Origin: Dictyostelium discoideum
Taxonomy: Eukaryota
DNA: 64,000 nucleotides
Direction: 5' to 3'
Assembly: GCA_000004695.1 (NCBI GenBank)
Contig: CM000151.3
Span: 1,824,001-1,888,000, forward strand
Under the pieces are notes generated by a model. It made no database searches and had not been told where the DNA came from. It was given only the letters and a program-made list of their open reading frames with translations. Below, in pieces: positions 22,158-39,371 of the stretch. The stretch's first letter is position 1. Each line of letters opens with the position of its first letter. A program made the position numbers and the translations under genes.

Positions 22158-24032
22158 ATGAGTATTAATAGTGATTATAATAAAGAGAATAATAATATAT
22201 CACCATTAAATACTAGTAGTGAAAGAAGAAGTAGTTTAAGGAATAGTTTAAATAATAGCAGTAATAATAATAATAATAATGTAATAAATACACCAACAGC
22301 TAATTCAATTAATAGTAGTGGTAATTTTTCACCAAAAGAATTTGTATCAAATATAGATGGTGAGGAGATAATTTATCAAAATCAAAGTGTAGAGTATAAA
22401 CAAAGATTATGTACCATTCAAATTAAACAATCTACATTAATCATTAAATTCAATGAAAAGGGTGGTTTCACTAAATATTTAGTATCAGATACGATAGTTG
22501 GATCAGAGATAACCAATGAATCCACCAATGAATATACAATCTACTCATGTGTAATGAATACATTGGATGTGACAAAGGAAACCAGAAGAAGAAAGCAATT
22601 CTCATTAAGATTTAGAGACAGATTCGAATTGAATCAATTCAATGACAAGTTTGTAGAGGCTTTCTTAGACACCCTTCCAATGGGCAATCCAAGGGAGAGA
22701 AGAATCAGGGTTATCCTAAATCCAAAATCTGGTAAGAAAATGTCGGATTCCATCTTTAAAGATATCAATGAGCTCTTTAAAGATTCGAAAATATTCGTAA
22801 AGAAAACCGTTACAAAAGGACCTGACCATGCGAAAAAGATTGGCTATAAATTCAACCTCAAGAAATACGATACCATAGTTTTCATATCTGGTGATGGTTT
22901 ATTCCACGAGTTTATCAATGGTCTTTTGAGTAGAACCGACTTTGAACAAGCTAGAAAGATACCATTGGCTTTGATCCCAGGTGGCACTGGTAATGGCATT
23001 GCTTGTTCCATCGGTTTACAAGATCCAATGTCTTGTGCATTAGCAGTTATACGTGGTTTCACTAAACCATTAGATGTTAGTGTAATTCAACAAGGTGATA
23101 AAAAATGGTGTTCAATCTTGTCTCTAACTTGGGGTATAGTATCCGATGTTGATATAGAATCTGAAAAGTATCGTGCCTTGGGTGATGTTCGTCTAATCTT
23201 GGGTGCAGCATTACGTATTCTAAACCTACGTATCTATCGTGGCAAAATTTGGTATTTACCAGCTTTAGAATTAAATAAAACAGAAATTGCTAAAATTCCA
23301 AAATGTTCTTATTCATGTGAAATTTGTGAAAGTGATAATCCAATTTCAACAATTGAAAATGTTATATCTCAACAACAACAAAATAATACAACAACAAATC
23401 AATTAAGACGTTCATCTTTAAATAATAGTAGTAATGGATTTTCACCAAAATTAAATACTAGTGGTAGTATTTCAAATGGAAATGATGATGAATTAAGATC
23501 AATGTTTTCAAAAGAAGAGAATATAAAGATTGAAAATGAAATACATGATCACCAAAATGATGATGTTTTACCATTACTTAAATCATCAAGTGATCAACAT
23601 TTCATTGTTCCACCAACTAAATTACCAAATCAACAATTCTTAAAAGAGACAAAAGAGGAGTTATTTGCAAAAGGTTGGAAAGTTTTAGAAGGTGAATTCA
23701 TTGGTATCGTCGCAAGTACAGTATCCCATTTAGCTTCAGATTTCATCGCATCTCCAACTGCACATCTTTCTGATGGTTTAATTGATTTAGTAGTAATTAA
23801 TAATAATAAGAAATTTAGTAAAGCAGGTTTATTATCAGTTTTAACAGAATCCTCAACTGGTGCTCATGTAAAGAGTGATCTCATTGATCAATATAAGGTT
23901 CAAGCTATGATCTTAGAACCAAGTAATGATAGAGAAGGTATTATTGCTGTAGATGGTGAATTAATCTCTTATGGTCGTACTTCAATGGAATGTATGAGAG
24001 CTTGTATTAATTTAATTTGTAGAACTTATTAA
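22158..24032 (+). CDS. sphingosine kinase-type lipid kinase (DAGK catalytic-domain family), 624 aa
   Basis: [13 protein letters not shown] is the ATP-binding N.SG.G-like motif. [15 protein letters not shown] and [13 protein letters not shown] are conserved in the SphK/CERK/DAGK catalytic domain. N/S-rich inserts are typical for Dictyostelium. Confidence 0.8.
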
Positions 24033-24140
24033 ATAAATAAAATAAAATAAAATAAAATAAAATAAAATAAAATAAAATAAAATAAATAAAATCTATAATT
24101 ATTTTTTATATATTTATAAAATATTATTTATTTATTTTTT

Positions 24141-25067
24141 TTAAGGTTTTGTTAAAAATCTAGAACAATTTAAAGATTGATAATAATTTGATTTATAATT
24201 ATAAAATCTTTCAACTGAATTACATTCATATTGGAAACATTCAAATTGTTTAAAACATTTACAAGTTATTGGTGATAATGTATTACATTTTTCATTTATA
24301 AGACATTGTTCAAGTTTTTGTTCAAGGTTTACACATTTTTCATTATTTAATTCACCATTTGGACCTACACATACTGATTTGCTATTAACATCATCTAAAC
24401 AAACACAGAGACCACCATTACATGTTGATTCATCTTCACATTGTTTAAAATATTGATCATTTTTAATACATTTTTGAGTTTCTTGATTACATATTTCACC
24501 ATTGAAAACCCTGCATTGTAATGGAGAATCGGTACATTTTTCACCAACTTTTGAAGAATATTTTATTATACATTTATTGGATGATGTACAAATATGACTT
24601 GTTGGACATTGGGAATTAGCTTTACAAACTATGGAATTAATATCATTTGGAATTGGTTTACATTGTTTGGTTTTATCATCACAATATTGATTCAATGGGC
24701 AATTGTAACTATTACAAGCTGATATTAATTGACAAATTCCATTTTTACATTCACTCGATGATGAACACTTTTGTGAGGTTACTTTTGGATTACAACGATC
24801 ACCAGTTGCAATAATAATTTCACATTTACCATTAACACAATCTCCAAAGTCATAAGTTAATGTACAATCTGTTTTCTTTGTACAACTTTCACCAGTTGTA
24901 CGAATTTTTGAACAAACAGAATTAAAGCATACTTCTGGGAATAAACAATCTGCATTTATTTCACATGATGATCCTTTTAATCCATATGTTCTATTTGAAT
25001 TACATTCATATGATAAACATAAATTATAATTATTTATTATTAAAATTAAAATTAATAATAATTTCAT
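24141..25067 (-). CDS. secreted cysteine-rich repeat protein (308 aa), inverted paralog of 2463..3368
   Basis: The signal peptide is MKLLLILILIINNYNLCLS. The same C..C..(N)GKC modular pattern and a similar length are seen. Confidence 0.8.
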   Translation of the reverse strand: MKLLLILILIINNYNLCLSYECNSNRTYGLKGSSCEINADCLFPEVCFNSVCSKIRTTGESCTKKTDCTLTYDFGDCVNGKCEIIIATGDRCNPKVTSQKCSSSSECKNGICQLISACNSYNCPLNQYCDDKTKQCKPIPNDINSIVCKANSQCPTSHICTSSNKCIIKYSSKVGEKCTDSPLQCRVFNGEICNQETQKCIKNDQYFKQCEDESTCNGGLCVCLDDVNSKSVCVGPNGELNNEKCVNLEQKLEQCLINEKCNTLSPITCKCFKQFECFQYECNSVERFYNYKSNYYQSLNCSRFLTKP

Positions 25068-25133
25068 TTTTTTTTTTTTTAATTGTTATAACTATTTTTA
25101 TATAAATAAAAATTTTATTTTAAATGTGTTTAG

Positions 25134-25165
<32 letters not shown>

Positions 25166-25423
25166 ATTATTTATATGTTTTTTTTTTTTTTATTATTTTA
25201 ATATTATTATTATTATTATTTCCTATTATGAATAATATATATAAAAAAAATTAAAAAAATAAATAAATAAACTACCCCTCCCCCTTTTCACCCTAAATTT
25301 TTATCATCTACAATATATACTTACCTGTGATGTTATAAAATAAAATATTAAAAAATTAAAAAAAAAAAAAAATAATAATAATCTTTTGGAAAATTAAAAA
25401 TTAATAATTATAAATTCATAGAT

Positions 25424-25465
<42 letters not shown>

Positions 25466-25662
25466 AAATAAATAATAAAAGAAATTATAAAAAAAAAATA
25501 ATAAATAAATAATGGTATTAGGTTGTTTTTTTTTTTTTATCTGTATAAAAAATTTTATTTATTTTAATTTTAAAAAGGAAATATTTAATATAATTAAATC
25601 TTTTTTTTTTTTTTTTTTTTTTTGATGGTGATATTATTAATAATAATTAATCAAGTTTTTGA

Positions 25663-25824
25663 TTATTTTGTATTTTTAATTTTATCTTCACCATGTAAGA
25701 CTCTAGAAGTGGCAGTGAGGTAATCATAATATCCATAGAGGATTGAGGAACCGATCTTTGCAAACTTGTTTGAAATTTCACCACTGGAACTAAGACTATT
25801 ACTATAATTACTAAGGCTATCCAT
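25663..25824 (-). CDS. possible small ORF (53 aa: MDSLSNYSNSLSSSGEISNKFAKIGSSILYGYYDYLTATSRVLHGEDKIKNTK)
   Basis: It is an isolated island of non-AT-extreme sequence in a 2.3-kb AT desert. It is below the ORF-track size cutoff and has no homology clue. Confidence 0.25.
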   Translation of the reverse strand: MDSLSNYSNSLSSSGEISNKFAKIGSSILYGYYDYLTATSRVLHGEDKIKNTK

Positions 25825-26845
25825 TTTAGTTACTTTTAGAGAGTTTTTAATTTGAAAATTTTTGAAAGTTTTTTTATTTTAAAAAAATTAAATTGCTAGT
25901 GCATTTAATAATAAATGATTGATTGATTGAAAAAAAGTTATAAATTTATAGGTTTATAAAAATTTAATTGTTTGTATTTGTTTTGTTTTAAATGTTTATT
26001 TTTATTTTTGTTTTTAAAAAAGTTTTTAATTTATACTTTCTAATTTCCCAAAAAAAAAAAAAAATAAAAAATAAAAAATAAAAAAAAAATAAAAAATAAA
26101 AAATAAAAAAAAAAAATAAAAAATAATTATTTTCGCATTTTTATCATAATATAGTTAGGGGGCTGGGGGTTCCAAAATGGATTATTATTATAATTTTACT
26201 GTTTTTTGTTTTTTTTTTTTTTTAATTTCTATTTTTTTTGTTTTTTTTTTTTTTACGGTTGCAGCTCTGTAAATATTGACATGTTTTACCATAAAAAAAA
26301 AAAAAAAATTAAAAAAAAAATAAAATAATATTCAAATCAAGATCTTGTTTCGAAATTATTATAAAATAGATTCCATATGAAAAAATGATAAATAAAAATT
26401 TTTATTATTATAATAATAAAAAACTCACACACACACACAAAAAATAAAAAAAAAAAAAATTATTAAAAATTATTAATAATTATTTTTAATAATTTTTTTT
26501 TTTTATTTTGTATAAATAAAAAATAAATTAAATTTTATGACACGATATTTTTCAAAAATCTAAAAAAAAAATTTCTTATTTTTAAAATCATTATTATAAA
26601 AAAAAAAATAAAATTAAAAAAAACATATTACATTATTATTTCTTTTTTTTTTTTTTAAGAAAATTAATCAAAATATCTAAAAAAAATAAATAAATTTTTT
26701 TTTATTTTTATAAAATTGTTTAAACTTTATGGATTAAAATGAATTTTTTATTTTATTTGAATTTTTTAATTCGCTCTTAATCCTTAAAATTTTCTATTTT
26801 TAAAAATAAATTATTTCCCTTGTTTAGAAATTATTAATATATTGT

Positions 26846-26891
<46 letters not shown>

Positions 26892-27350
26892 ATAACAATT
26901 TCCATCTAACCATAATTGACTTGGTCCAATCCAATGAATAACATTTGCATAAAAACGACTATAGTTGGAAATCAAAAAAAAAAAAAAAAATAAAACATAA
27001 ATATATATTTGTGTTTTTATTATTAATTAAAAATTTCAAATATTTAATTAATTAAGGGTTTATTGATGAGGGGGAGGGCAGAAATTTTTCATAGAAAAAA
27101 ATAAAACATTTGTTTTTGAATTTTGAATTTTAATTAAAAAAAAAAAAATAAAAAAAAAAAAAATAAAAATGAAAATAAAAAAAAAAAAAAAAAAATGAAC
27201 CACCAATGTTTTTTTTATTTTTTATTTTTTATTTTTTATTTTTTTTTTAGATCAATCTTGTATATATATTAAAAAAAAAAAGAGAAAAAAAAAAAAAAAA
27301 AAGGTTCCAATATAAAATTTGGAGAAATAAAATTTATTTATTATATTATT

Positions 27351-28612
27351 ATGATACTTGATAGTATTTTAAACAATAAAGGTAACAATAGGGAAAAAGC
27401 AAAAATAATTGAATCTACTCTTTTGTTAAACTATAATTATTTCCATATACTAGAAATTGTAAAAATATACGAAGGGAATGATGGAAGATATGATGGTATA
27501 AATGGAATGAAGGTAATTATTAATTATATCAAATGATCAATTAATTTTTACTATTTTACTATTTTACTATTTTACTATTTTACTAATTTACTAATTTACT
27601 AATTTACTAATTTAATATTTGAAAGTTAGTTTTCGAGTACAATAGATTCATTACAATGAAAATATTAAAAAATGATAGAAAAGATGAAATAGTAAGTGCA
27701 TGTCCATTTGTTAGAGTATTTTGGAAATGGCATCTAACAAATTCAAAAGCGTATGAACAATTTTGCAATATAATTGGATTCTTTATTCATCACACCCCAA
27801 TTACAGATAGTGTATATGAATTATATGCAAGAGAAATCGATGAAAGAAACATAAAAACTATTGAATTTTATAAGGAATGTTTTTCCGATATAAACTATTC
27901 TATTTGGAATTTCTATGATATGTTTGGTGATAATAGTTTAAAAAATCATAAAAAAAATAACAAACTTAAAACTAATAACAATAACAATAATAGTAATAGC
28001 AACTTAATTAATAAATCTCATAATCACCACAACCATCATCACCACAGAGAAAAACCAAAACAAAAAGAAAAAGAAAAAGAAAAAGAAAAAGAAAAAGAAA
28101 AAGAAAAAGAAAAAGAAAAAGAAAAAGAAAAAGAAAAAGAAAAAGAAAAAGAAAAAGAAAAAGAAAAAGAAAGAGAAAAAGAAAGAGAGAGAGAAAGAGA
28201 AAGAGAAAAAGAAAAAGAAAAAGAAAAAATTAAGCATAAAACTCATCAGGATAATCATAAAGATAATGATGGAATGCAAATAGGTAGTGTAAAAAGTGTT
28301 GAAAGTAATGTTAATGGTAGTGGTAGTGATATCAATGGTAGTTCCAAAAAAAGGAAAGCGGTTGAAGATGGACCAGAGTCAAATCAAAACAAACCTGGTA
28401 TTATTAAAAAAGCGATATTAAATAATAGTGCATTAGATGATATATTCAAAGAACAAAACGAGAAAAGAGAGAAACAAATGAAAGAAATAGAAAATAATAA
28501 TAAAATAAACAACAACAACACCAACAATAACTCTTTCATTAATTCCAAACCTAGCATCAATAACAACAACATCAAACCCAATATCAACAACTACAACTAC
28601 AACAACAACAAC

Positions 28613-28664
<52 letters not shown>

Positions 28665-30658
28665 GCAATAATAAATATGACGATGATGATGAATTGGATC
28701 TTAATATACAACCAAAGAATTTTCAAAAATTTAAGAAGCTAAGAAAATCTAAAGATAATGATGATGAAAATGAGCTGGAAAAACAAAAACAAGCAAAAGA
28801 AAAAGAAAAAGAAAAGGAAAAAGAAAAAGAAAAAGAAAAAGAAAAAGAAAAAGAAAAAGAAAAAGAAAAAGAAAAAGAAAAAGAAAAAGAAAAAGAAAGA
28901 GAAAAAGAAAAAGAAAAACAAAAAGAAAAAGAAAAAGAAATACAAAGAGAAAGAGAAAAAGAAAAAGAGAAGGAAAAAGAAAGAGAAAAAGAAAAAGAAA
29001 AGGAAAGAGAAAGAGAAAGAGAGAGAGAAAAAGAAAAAGAAAAAGAAATAGAAATAGAAAAAGAAAAAGAAAAAGAAAAAGAAAAAGAAAAAGAAAAAGA
29101 AAGAGAAATAGAAATAGAAATAGAAAGAGAAATAAAAAGAGAAATAGAAAGAGAGAAAGAAAAAGAAAGAGAAAAAGAAATAGAAATAGAAAAAGAAAAA
29201 GAAAAAGAAAAAGAAAAAGAAAAAGAAAAAGAAAAAGAAAGAGAAAGAGAAAGAGAAAGAGAAAGAGAAAGAGAAAGAGAAAGAGAAAGAGAAAGAGAAA
29301 GGGAAAGAGAAAAAGAAAAAGAAAGAGAAAGAGAAAAAGAAAAAGAAAAAGAAAGAGAAAGAGAAAAAGAGAAAAAGAGAGAATTGCAAAAGAAAAAACA
29401 AGAGGATAAAAGATTAGAAGAGAAAAAGACATTTGCTGAAGATTTTGAAAGAAAAAGATTAGAAAAAGTTGCTGAAATTAAAAGTAGAAATGATAAAATC
29501 GAAGAAGAATTTAGAAAAAATCAACAAAGAGAATTGGAAAAGAAAAAATTGGAAAATGAAACTACTTCCATTAAAAAACCAGAATTACATAGATTAGATG
29601 GTAAAAGAAAAGCTTTAAATTCATTATCATCATCATCTGAACAATCTTTGAATTTGTCTCCAACATCAATGTCTACAGCATTAACAACTACCACTACTAC
29701 TTCAACTGGTTTACCATCACCACCATCACCACCATCACCACCACCACCACCACCAAGCATCCCATCGTCAAATCAAATTAAAAAAGATGATAAAAATCAA
29801 AATATTACACCAAGCGATTTTGAGAAGGAATCGGTTGGACATCATAATAAAGTTTTATCATCAATTCAAAAACCACCATACTCACACATCCAACCTCCAC
29901 AACAACCACAACAACCACAACAACCACAACAACCACAACAACCACAACAACCACAACAACCACAACAACCACAACAACCACAACACCACAACAACAACCT
30001 CCAGTCCAACCACAACAACCACAGCAACCACAACAATCACAACAACCACAACCACAACCACAACAATCACAACAACATCAACAACCACAACAACTACAAC
30101 AACTACAACAACTACAACAACTACAACAACTACAACAATCACAGCAAAGGCCCCAGGTCCCACCACAACATCAACAATCACAACAACACCAAAATCAAAT
30201 TCAACTTCAACAATCCCAAATACAACCACAACAACAATCCCTAAATCGAAATCAACAATACCAAAACCAACCTAATTCGTCTTCTGCATTACAAAATGCA
30301 GCTGAACAATTAACAAGAGCGGGCAATGATGAGGTTTTAAAACAATTACAACTTCTTTCACAACAAAATCAGCAACATCGACAACCCCAACAACAACAAA
30401 CTATGGGTCAGCAAGCCCAACAACACCAAACCCACCAAACTATGGGTCAGCAAGCACAACAAAAACAACAACAACAACATCACCAACAACAACCTCAACA
30501 ACAACCTCAACAACAACCTCAACAACAACCCCAACAACAAAAACATCATCCCCAAATCGCTCATCAAACTGTACAATATCAAAATAATTACCAACAAACA
30601 CAGCCACATGCAGAAAGAGTTCACATGCATCAACAACCCCAACAACAACAACAACCCC

Positions 30659-30708
<50 letters not shown>

Positions 30709-30877
30709 ACCCAACAACAACAACAACAAACCCAACAACAACAACAACAAACCCAACAACAACAACAACGACAACCTCATCAACAACAACCTCATCAACA
30801 ACAACCCCAACAACAACAACAACAATCACCTCAACAACAACAAACTCAACAACATCAATCACCTCAACCTCAACATC

Positions 30878-30963
<86 letters not shown>

Positions 30964-31725
30964 CCTCAAATTGAAACTGATAAACCCTTAACAAATTCTC
31001 CATCCTTTGAAAGGATTAATGATAGAGATAGATTAGAAAGAAATCGATACGACGATGATAGATATTCGAATCGTTCATCATCACCCTCCCCATCATCAAA
31101 GAAATATTCAAGAGATGATTCAGACTATGCAAAAGGAAGATATAGCGATAGTAGAGATAGATACAATGATAGAGATAGAGATAGAGACAGAGATAAAGAC
31201 AGAGATAGAGAAAAAGAAAGAGATAGAGATAGGTATAGAGATAGATACAATGATAGAGATAGGGATAGAGATAGAGATAGGGACAGAGATAGGGACAGAG
31301 ACAAACACAATGATAGAAGTCTTGAAAGGGGTAAACAAAGAACTTATAGCACTAATTATAACAACAACAACCACAACCACAACAACAACAATAATAATAA
31401 TAACAACAACAATGGCAGCAACAATAGTAACAATAATAACAACAATAATGAAAATAATAATTATAATTATAATAATAACATCGATGATTTTGAAAAAACC
31501 AATATAATCGTTACTTGTGATGACCCAAATTGGACAAACTTTACGCTCAACATTGAAAAAAAACAAACATGTATTCAAGAAATCAGAAAACTTATAGTTG
31601 ATAAAAAAAGAATTAAATATGATTTTGATATTTTAGCTGATGGTAAAACTTTAGATAACTGGAGAAACCTTCAATTTTATGGATTTAAAGAAAAATGTAC
31701 ATTTGAAATTAAAATCAAAGAATAA
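27351..31725 (+). CDS. gene for a ~1400-aa low-complexity protein (EK/ER repeat region, poly-N, Q/P-rich region, RD-dipeptide repeat block, C-terminal ubiquitin-like-looking domain). Intron ~27513..27625. An apparent 1-nt frameshift near 29985 joins track ORFs 27656..30244 and 30403..31725
   Basis: Exon 1 (27351..27512) ends at AAG|GTAATT. The acceptor is AAAG at 27624-25 and gives an in-frame junction ...GINGMK|LVFEYNRFITMKILKND.... Frame 1 is open from ~29986 to 31725, as translated by hand (PQQQPPVQPQQ...QQTMGQQAQQ). Frame 2 is open up to ~29990, and both read the same CAA/CCA repeat. The RD block reads RDRDRDRDKDRDREKERDRDRYRDRYNDRDRDRDRDRDRDRDRDK. The C-terminus reads IVTCDDPNWTNFTLNIEKKQTCIQEIRKLIV...GFKEKCTFEIKIKE. 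Confidence 0.6.
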
Positions 31726-32366
31726 ATAAATAATAAAAAAGAAAAAAAAAAAATTTTTTCAACTTTCATTTTGTATAATTATAATATTAAAAATTTAAAC
31801 GGATTAATTATTTTATTATTTTTTCATTCATGTAATATTAAAATATAAATATATAAATTTCATTTTTATGGTAAAAAGAATTATTTTTTTATTTTATTAT
31901 TTTTTTTTTATAGATAAAATTCTAAATTTTGTTTCAAATAAAATTTTTAAAAATTATTAAAAGATAGTATTGTCAAAAAAAAAAAAAAAAAAAGAAAATA
32001 CACCCCAAAAGAAATATAATTGTTTGTTCAAAATAAATTTAAAAGTGGTGCCTAGTAATATTAAAAAATAATAGATAAATATTGCAAATTACAAATAAAA
32101 AAAATGATATCATTTTAATCTAGATTAAATAAACAAATAAAATTTATTTATTATAATGTAATATTTATTTAATTTTATATTTAATTTTATTTTTATTTTT
32201 ATTTTGTTTTTTTAATCCCAAAAATTATTTTTTTATAGAAAAAAAAAAAAAGTTTTATTTTTAAAACTTAAAAAAGTATCATTTAAGAATGAGATAATTC
32301 TAAAATTTTAAAAATAAAAAAATTAAAAAAATACTTATAATAATAATAATAATTTAAAGATAAATA

Positions 32367-32894
32367 ATGAATATTAAAAATAAAAAAAAATTATTAATAT
32401 GTCATTTTATATTAATATTATTTTGTTTGGGAATTATTATTAATTTTATTAATTTTAATTTTGATTCCAATCCAATTTTAAAAATTCATACTATAAATTA
32501 TACAATACCTCATTTAAATGGTACAATTTTAAATGATGAATTTAAATATATTAATGAAATATATTATGATTTACATTTTCAATATATTGATATCAAAGAG
32601 AGTAAATCATTACTAATAAATCCAAACTATACAATTCCACCAACTTTTGCAACACCCAAATCAATACCAAATAAATTACCATTATCAAAAGTATTAAATG
32701 TTCAAAGATTATATTTTAATAAAAATTCTGATCAAATTTATTTATATTATAAAACTTATTTAATTATTCATATAATTACAATATTTTCAACATTTTTTTT
32801 AATTTCAATTTCAACATTTTATTTTATTTATTATTCAAATAATAATAATTATTATAAAGAAATTTATGATGATTTTATTTTAAATAGAATTAAA

Positions 32895-32964
<70 letters not shown>

Positions 32965-33627
32965 TCGAAAGTCAAAATAATAATAATAATAATAATATTG
33001 TTGAAAAAAGAAATAAAATTTTTAATGCATTTTTTAAAATTGGATTATTGGTTATTATAATTCCAATGATTGGATTTTCAATGTATTTGGTATTTAACCC
33101 AGTTGATAGTGGTTTCAAAGAATCATTTAGAATTCAAGTAAAACAAACTCCAATTTTAAATTCATTATGTTTTGATGCAAATGGTACCTATTTTGGTATT
33201 TGTGAGATTTATTCGAATCAAAATCAAGTAAATTTAGTAAAATTAGATTTAAATTTAAAAGATAAAAATGAAAAGGATGATCAATATTTATATATTTGGG
33301 TAAGTATTTAAAAAAAAAAAATTTATTATAACAAAACAAAAAAAAAAAAAAAAGAAATTTATTAATATAATTGTTTTTTGAAATTATTTGAAAACTAACA
33401 CAACCACAAATTTTATTATTTTTTTAAAAAAAATTTATTTATTTTATATTATTCTCTTTTCATTAAATTTGATTTTATAGGAAAAATATGAAGTGACCAT
33501 GAACCTATTTTATTATAAAACTTATACATTAGCTGGATTAGTATTACTAACATCAACGATGATGTCAGTTTTATTTGCTTTAATTGATAAAAAGAAAATA
33601 AAATTAGGTAGAATACCAATTTCATAA
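32367..33627 (+). CDS. two-exon gene (32367..33299; 33481..33627) for a ~359-aa multi-pass membrane protein of unknown function with a poly-N insert
   Basis: The donor is TGG|GTAAGT at 33300 and the acceptor TTTTATAG at 33479-80, both phase 0. Exon 2 encodes a hydrophobic C-terminus (EKYEVTMNLFYYKTYTLAGLVLLTSTMMSVLFALIDKKKIKLGRIPIS). Confidence 0.65.
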
Positions 33628-33748
33628 AAATGAGATGAATATATAAATATATATATTTATCCATCTCATAAAAATGAGATGAATATAAATTCATATCACA
33701 TAAAAAAAAGAGAAGTTAGATTTAACTGCAGTACCTACCACTCTCCCC

Positions 33749-33797
<49 letters not shown>

Positions 33798-34372
33798 GAA
33801 TATTCTCACAAATTTGTGAACATTGCCAAGAATTTGAATTTTTTTTCTAATTTTCAAAAAAAAAAAAACCATTGTAATTTTTATATGATAATGTGATATT
33901 GGAAAAAAAAAAAAAAAAAAAAAAAACAATACATCTATGCAATTTACATATTGGTAAAATTTTATTTAGATTTATTGATTTTCTGTATGTGTGTGTGGGG
34001 TATATCTGGAAAAAATATTTAAATTTTTAATTAATTAAAATATTAAAAAAATAACTTGTTTTTTTATATGATCACTTAATTTTTTAGTGAGCTAAAAATA
34101 AATTTATTTTTAATTTTTTCTTTTTTATTTTTTGTTTTTTTTTTTTTTTTTTTTTTATAAAATTGGATTTTTTTTTTTTTTATTTATAAAATCATTTGCA
34201 TGTAACAAAATAATTATAATAAAATTATTTTTATTTATTTTAAAATTATTTTTTTTTTTTTTTTCAAAAAAATAAAAAATAAAAAAATAAAATAAAACTT
34301 TTTTTTTTAACACAATAATTTAAAAATAATAAATAAATAAAAATAAATAAAATAAATAAATAAATAAATAAA

Positions 34373-38398
<4,026 letters not shown>

Positions 38399-38567
38399 TA
38401 ATAATAATAGTAATAATAATGAAATATAGTTTAAAAAATAAAAATAAACAAAACCTTTTTTGTTAAAATTAAAAAAAGAAATAATAATTGGAAACACAAT
38501 TTTTTATTTATTTTTTTTTTTAAAAAAAAAAATTTCTATAAAAATAAATATATATATTAATATAAAA

Positions 38568-38650
38568 TTATTATTATTATTATTATTATTATTATTTTAA
38601 AATATTATTATTATTATTATTGTTGTTGTTATTATTATTATTATTATTAA
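38568..38650. repeat. (ATT)n / (GTT)n microsatellite
   Basis: attattattatt...tgttgttgttattattatt is seen directly in the 3' intergenic region. Confidence 0.7.
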
Positions 38651-38712
38651 AACATACTCTATTTTATTTATTTTTCCTTTTTCCTTTTTTATTTTTATTT
38701 TTTTTTTATTTA

Positions 38713-38746
<34 letters not shown>

Positions 38747-38766
38747 TTATATTTTGAAAGTTTATT

Positions 38767-39021
38767 TTAAAACATTCCTTCATTAGATAATTTCATGAAA
38801 TGGTTATTTAAAGCTGAAGTGAAAAACATATTCTTTTCAACACATTTGTAAACACAGAGTTGTTCTTCATCATCTAATTTTCTAATTCTGAAATTGGTGA
38901 TACAGGATTGGAAACATTTGTTGGTAAGATTAACTGATGTATCAACCATTTCAATCATTTGTAATTTATTTAATTCATTTACAATTCTTTCTTCTTCTTT
39001 TTTGCTTAATCTTCTATCCAT
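38767..39021 (-). CDS. small Tim (Tim9/Tim10 family) mitochondrial intermembrane-space chaperone, 84 aa
   Basis: The twin Cx3C motif is present (CFQSC ... CVYKC) with the usual ~15-residue spacing, and the length is typical. Confidence 0.85.
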   Translation of the reverse strand: MDRRLSKKEEERIVNELNKLQMIEMVDTSVNLTNKCFQSCITNFRIRKLDDEEQLCVYKCVEKNMFFTSALNNHFMKLSNEGMF

Positions 39022-39091
39022 CTTGATTTATTATTTTGATTTCCTATAAATAAGTTGAGGCAAAACGAAAATGAAAAATTTCGTTTAAAAA

Positions 39092-39142
<51 letters not shown>

Positions 39143-39338
39143 AAAAAAAAATTAAAAATTAATTTCACAGCACATAATTTGTTTTCATAAGGTAATAAAT
39201 TAATTTAATTTATTTGTGAAAAATAAAACATATCCTAAATTAGTTTTTGTTTTTATTTTTATATTTTTATTATTAAATGTTTTTATTAGTGTTATGATAT
39301 TTTTATCCATTAGATATATATATATATATAAATATGAG

Positions 39339-39371
<33 letters not shown>

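Noticed and set aside
28739-29432. Minus-strand poly-F / poly-L ORFs (220 and 227 aa) and + strand poly-K ORF 28758..29051
   Set aside because: They are alternative frames or the antisense of the (GAAAAA)n / (GAGAAA)n EK-repeat coding region of gene 27351..31725. The same applies to 28004..28279, 28384..28726, 29521..29760, 29787..30275, 29882..30229, 30358..31003, 30608..30991, 31055..31578 and 31125..31310.
30403-31725. Independent gene starting at Met 30403 (MGQQAQQ...)
   Set aside because: The same frame is open for >400 nt upstream with continuous Q/P-rich coding sequence. It is more parsimonious as the 3' part of gene 27351.. after a 1-nt frame shift.
33449-33694. Minus-strand 81-aa ORF
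   Set aside because: It overlaps the intron and last exon of the + strand gene 32367..33627 and has an AT-rich junk composition.
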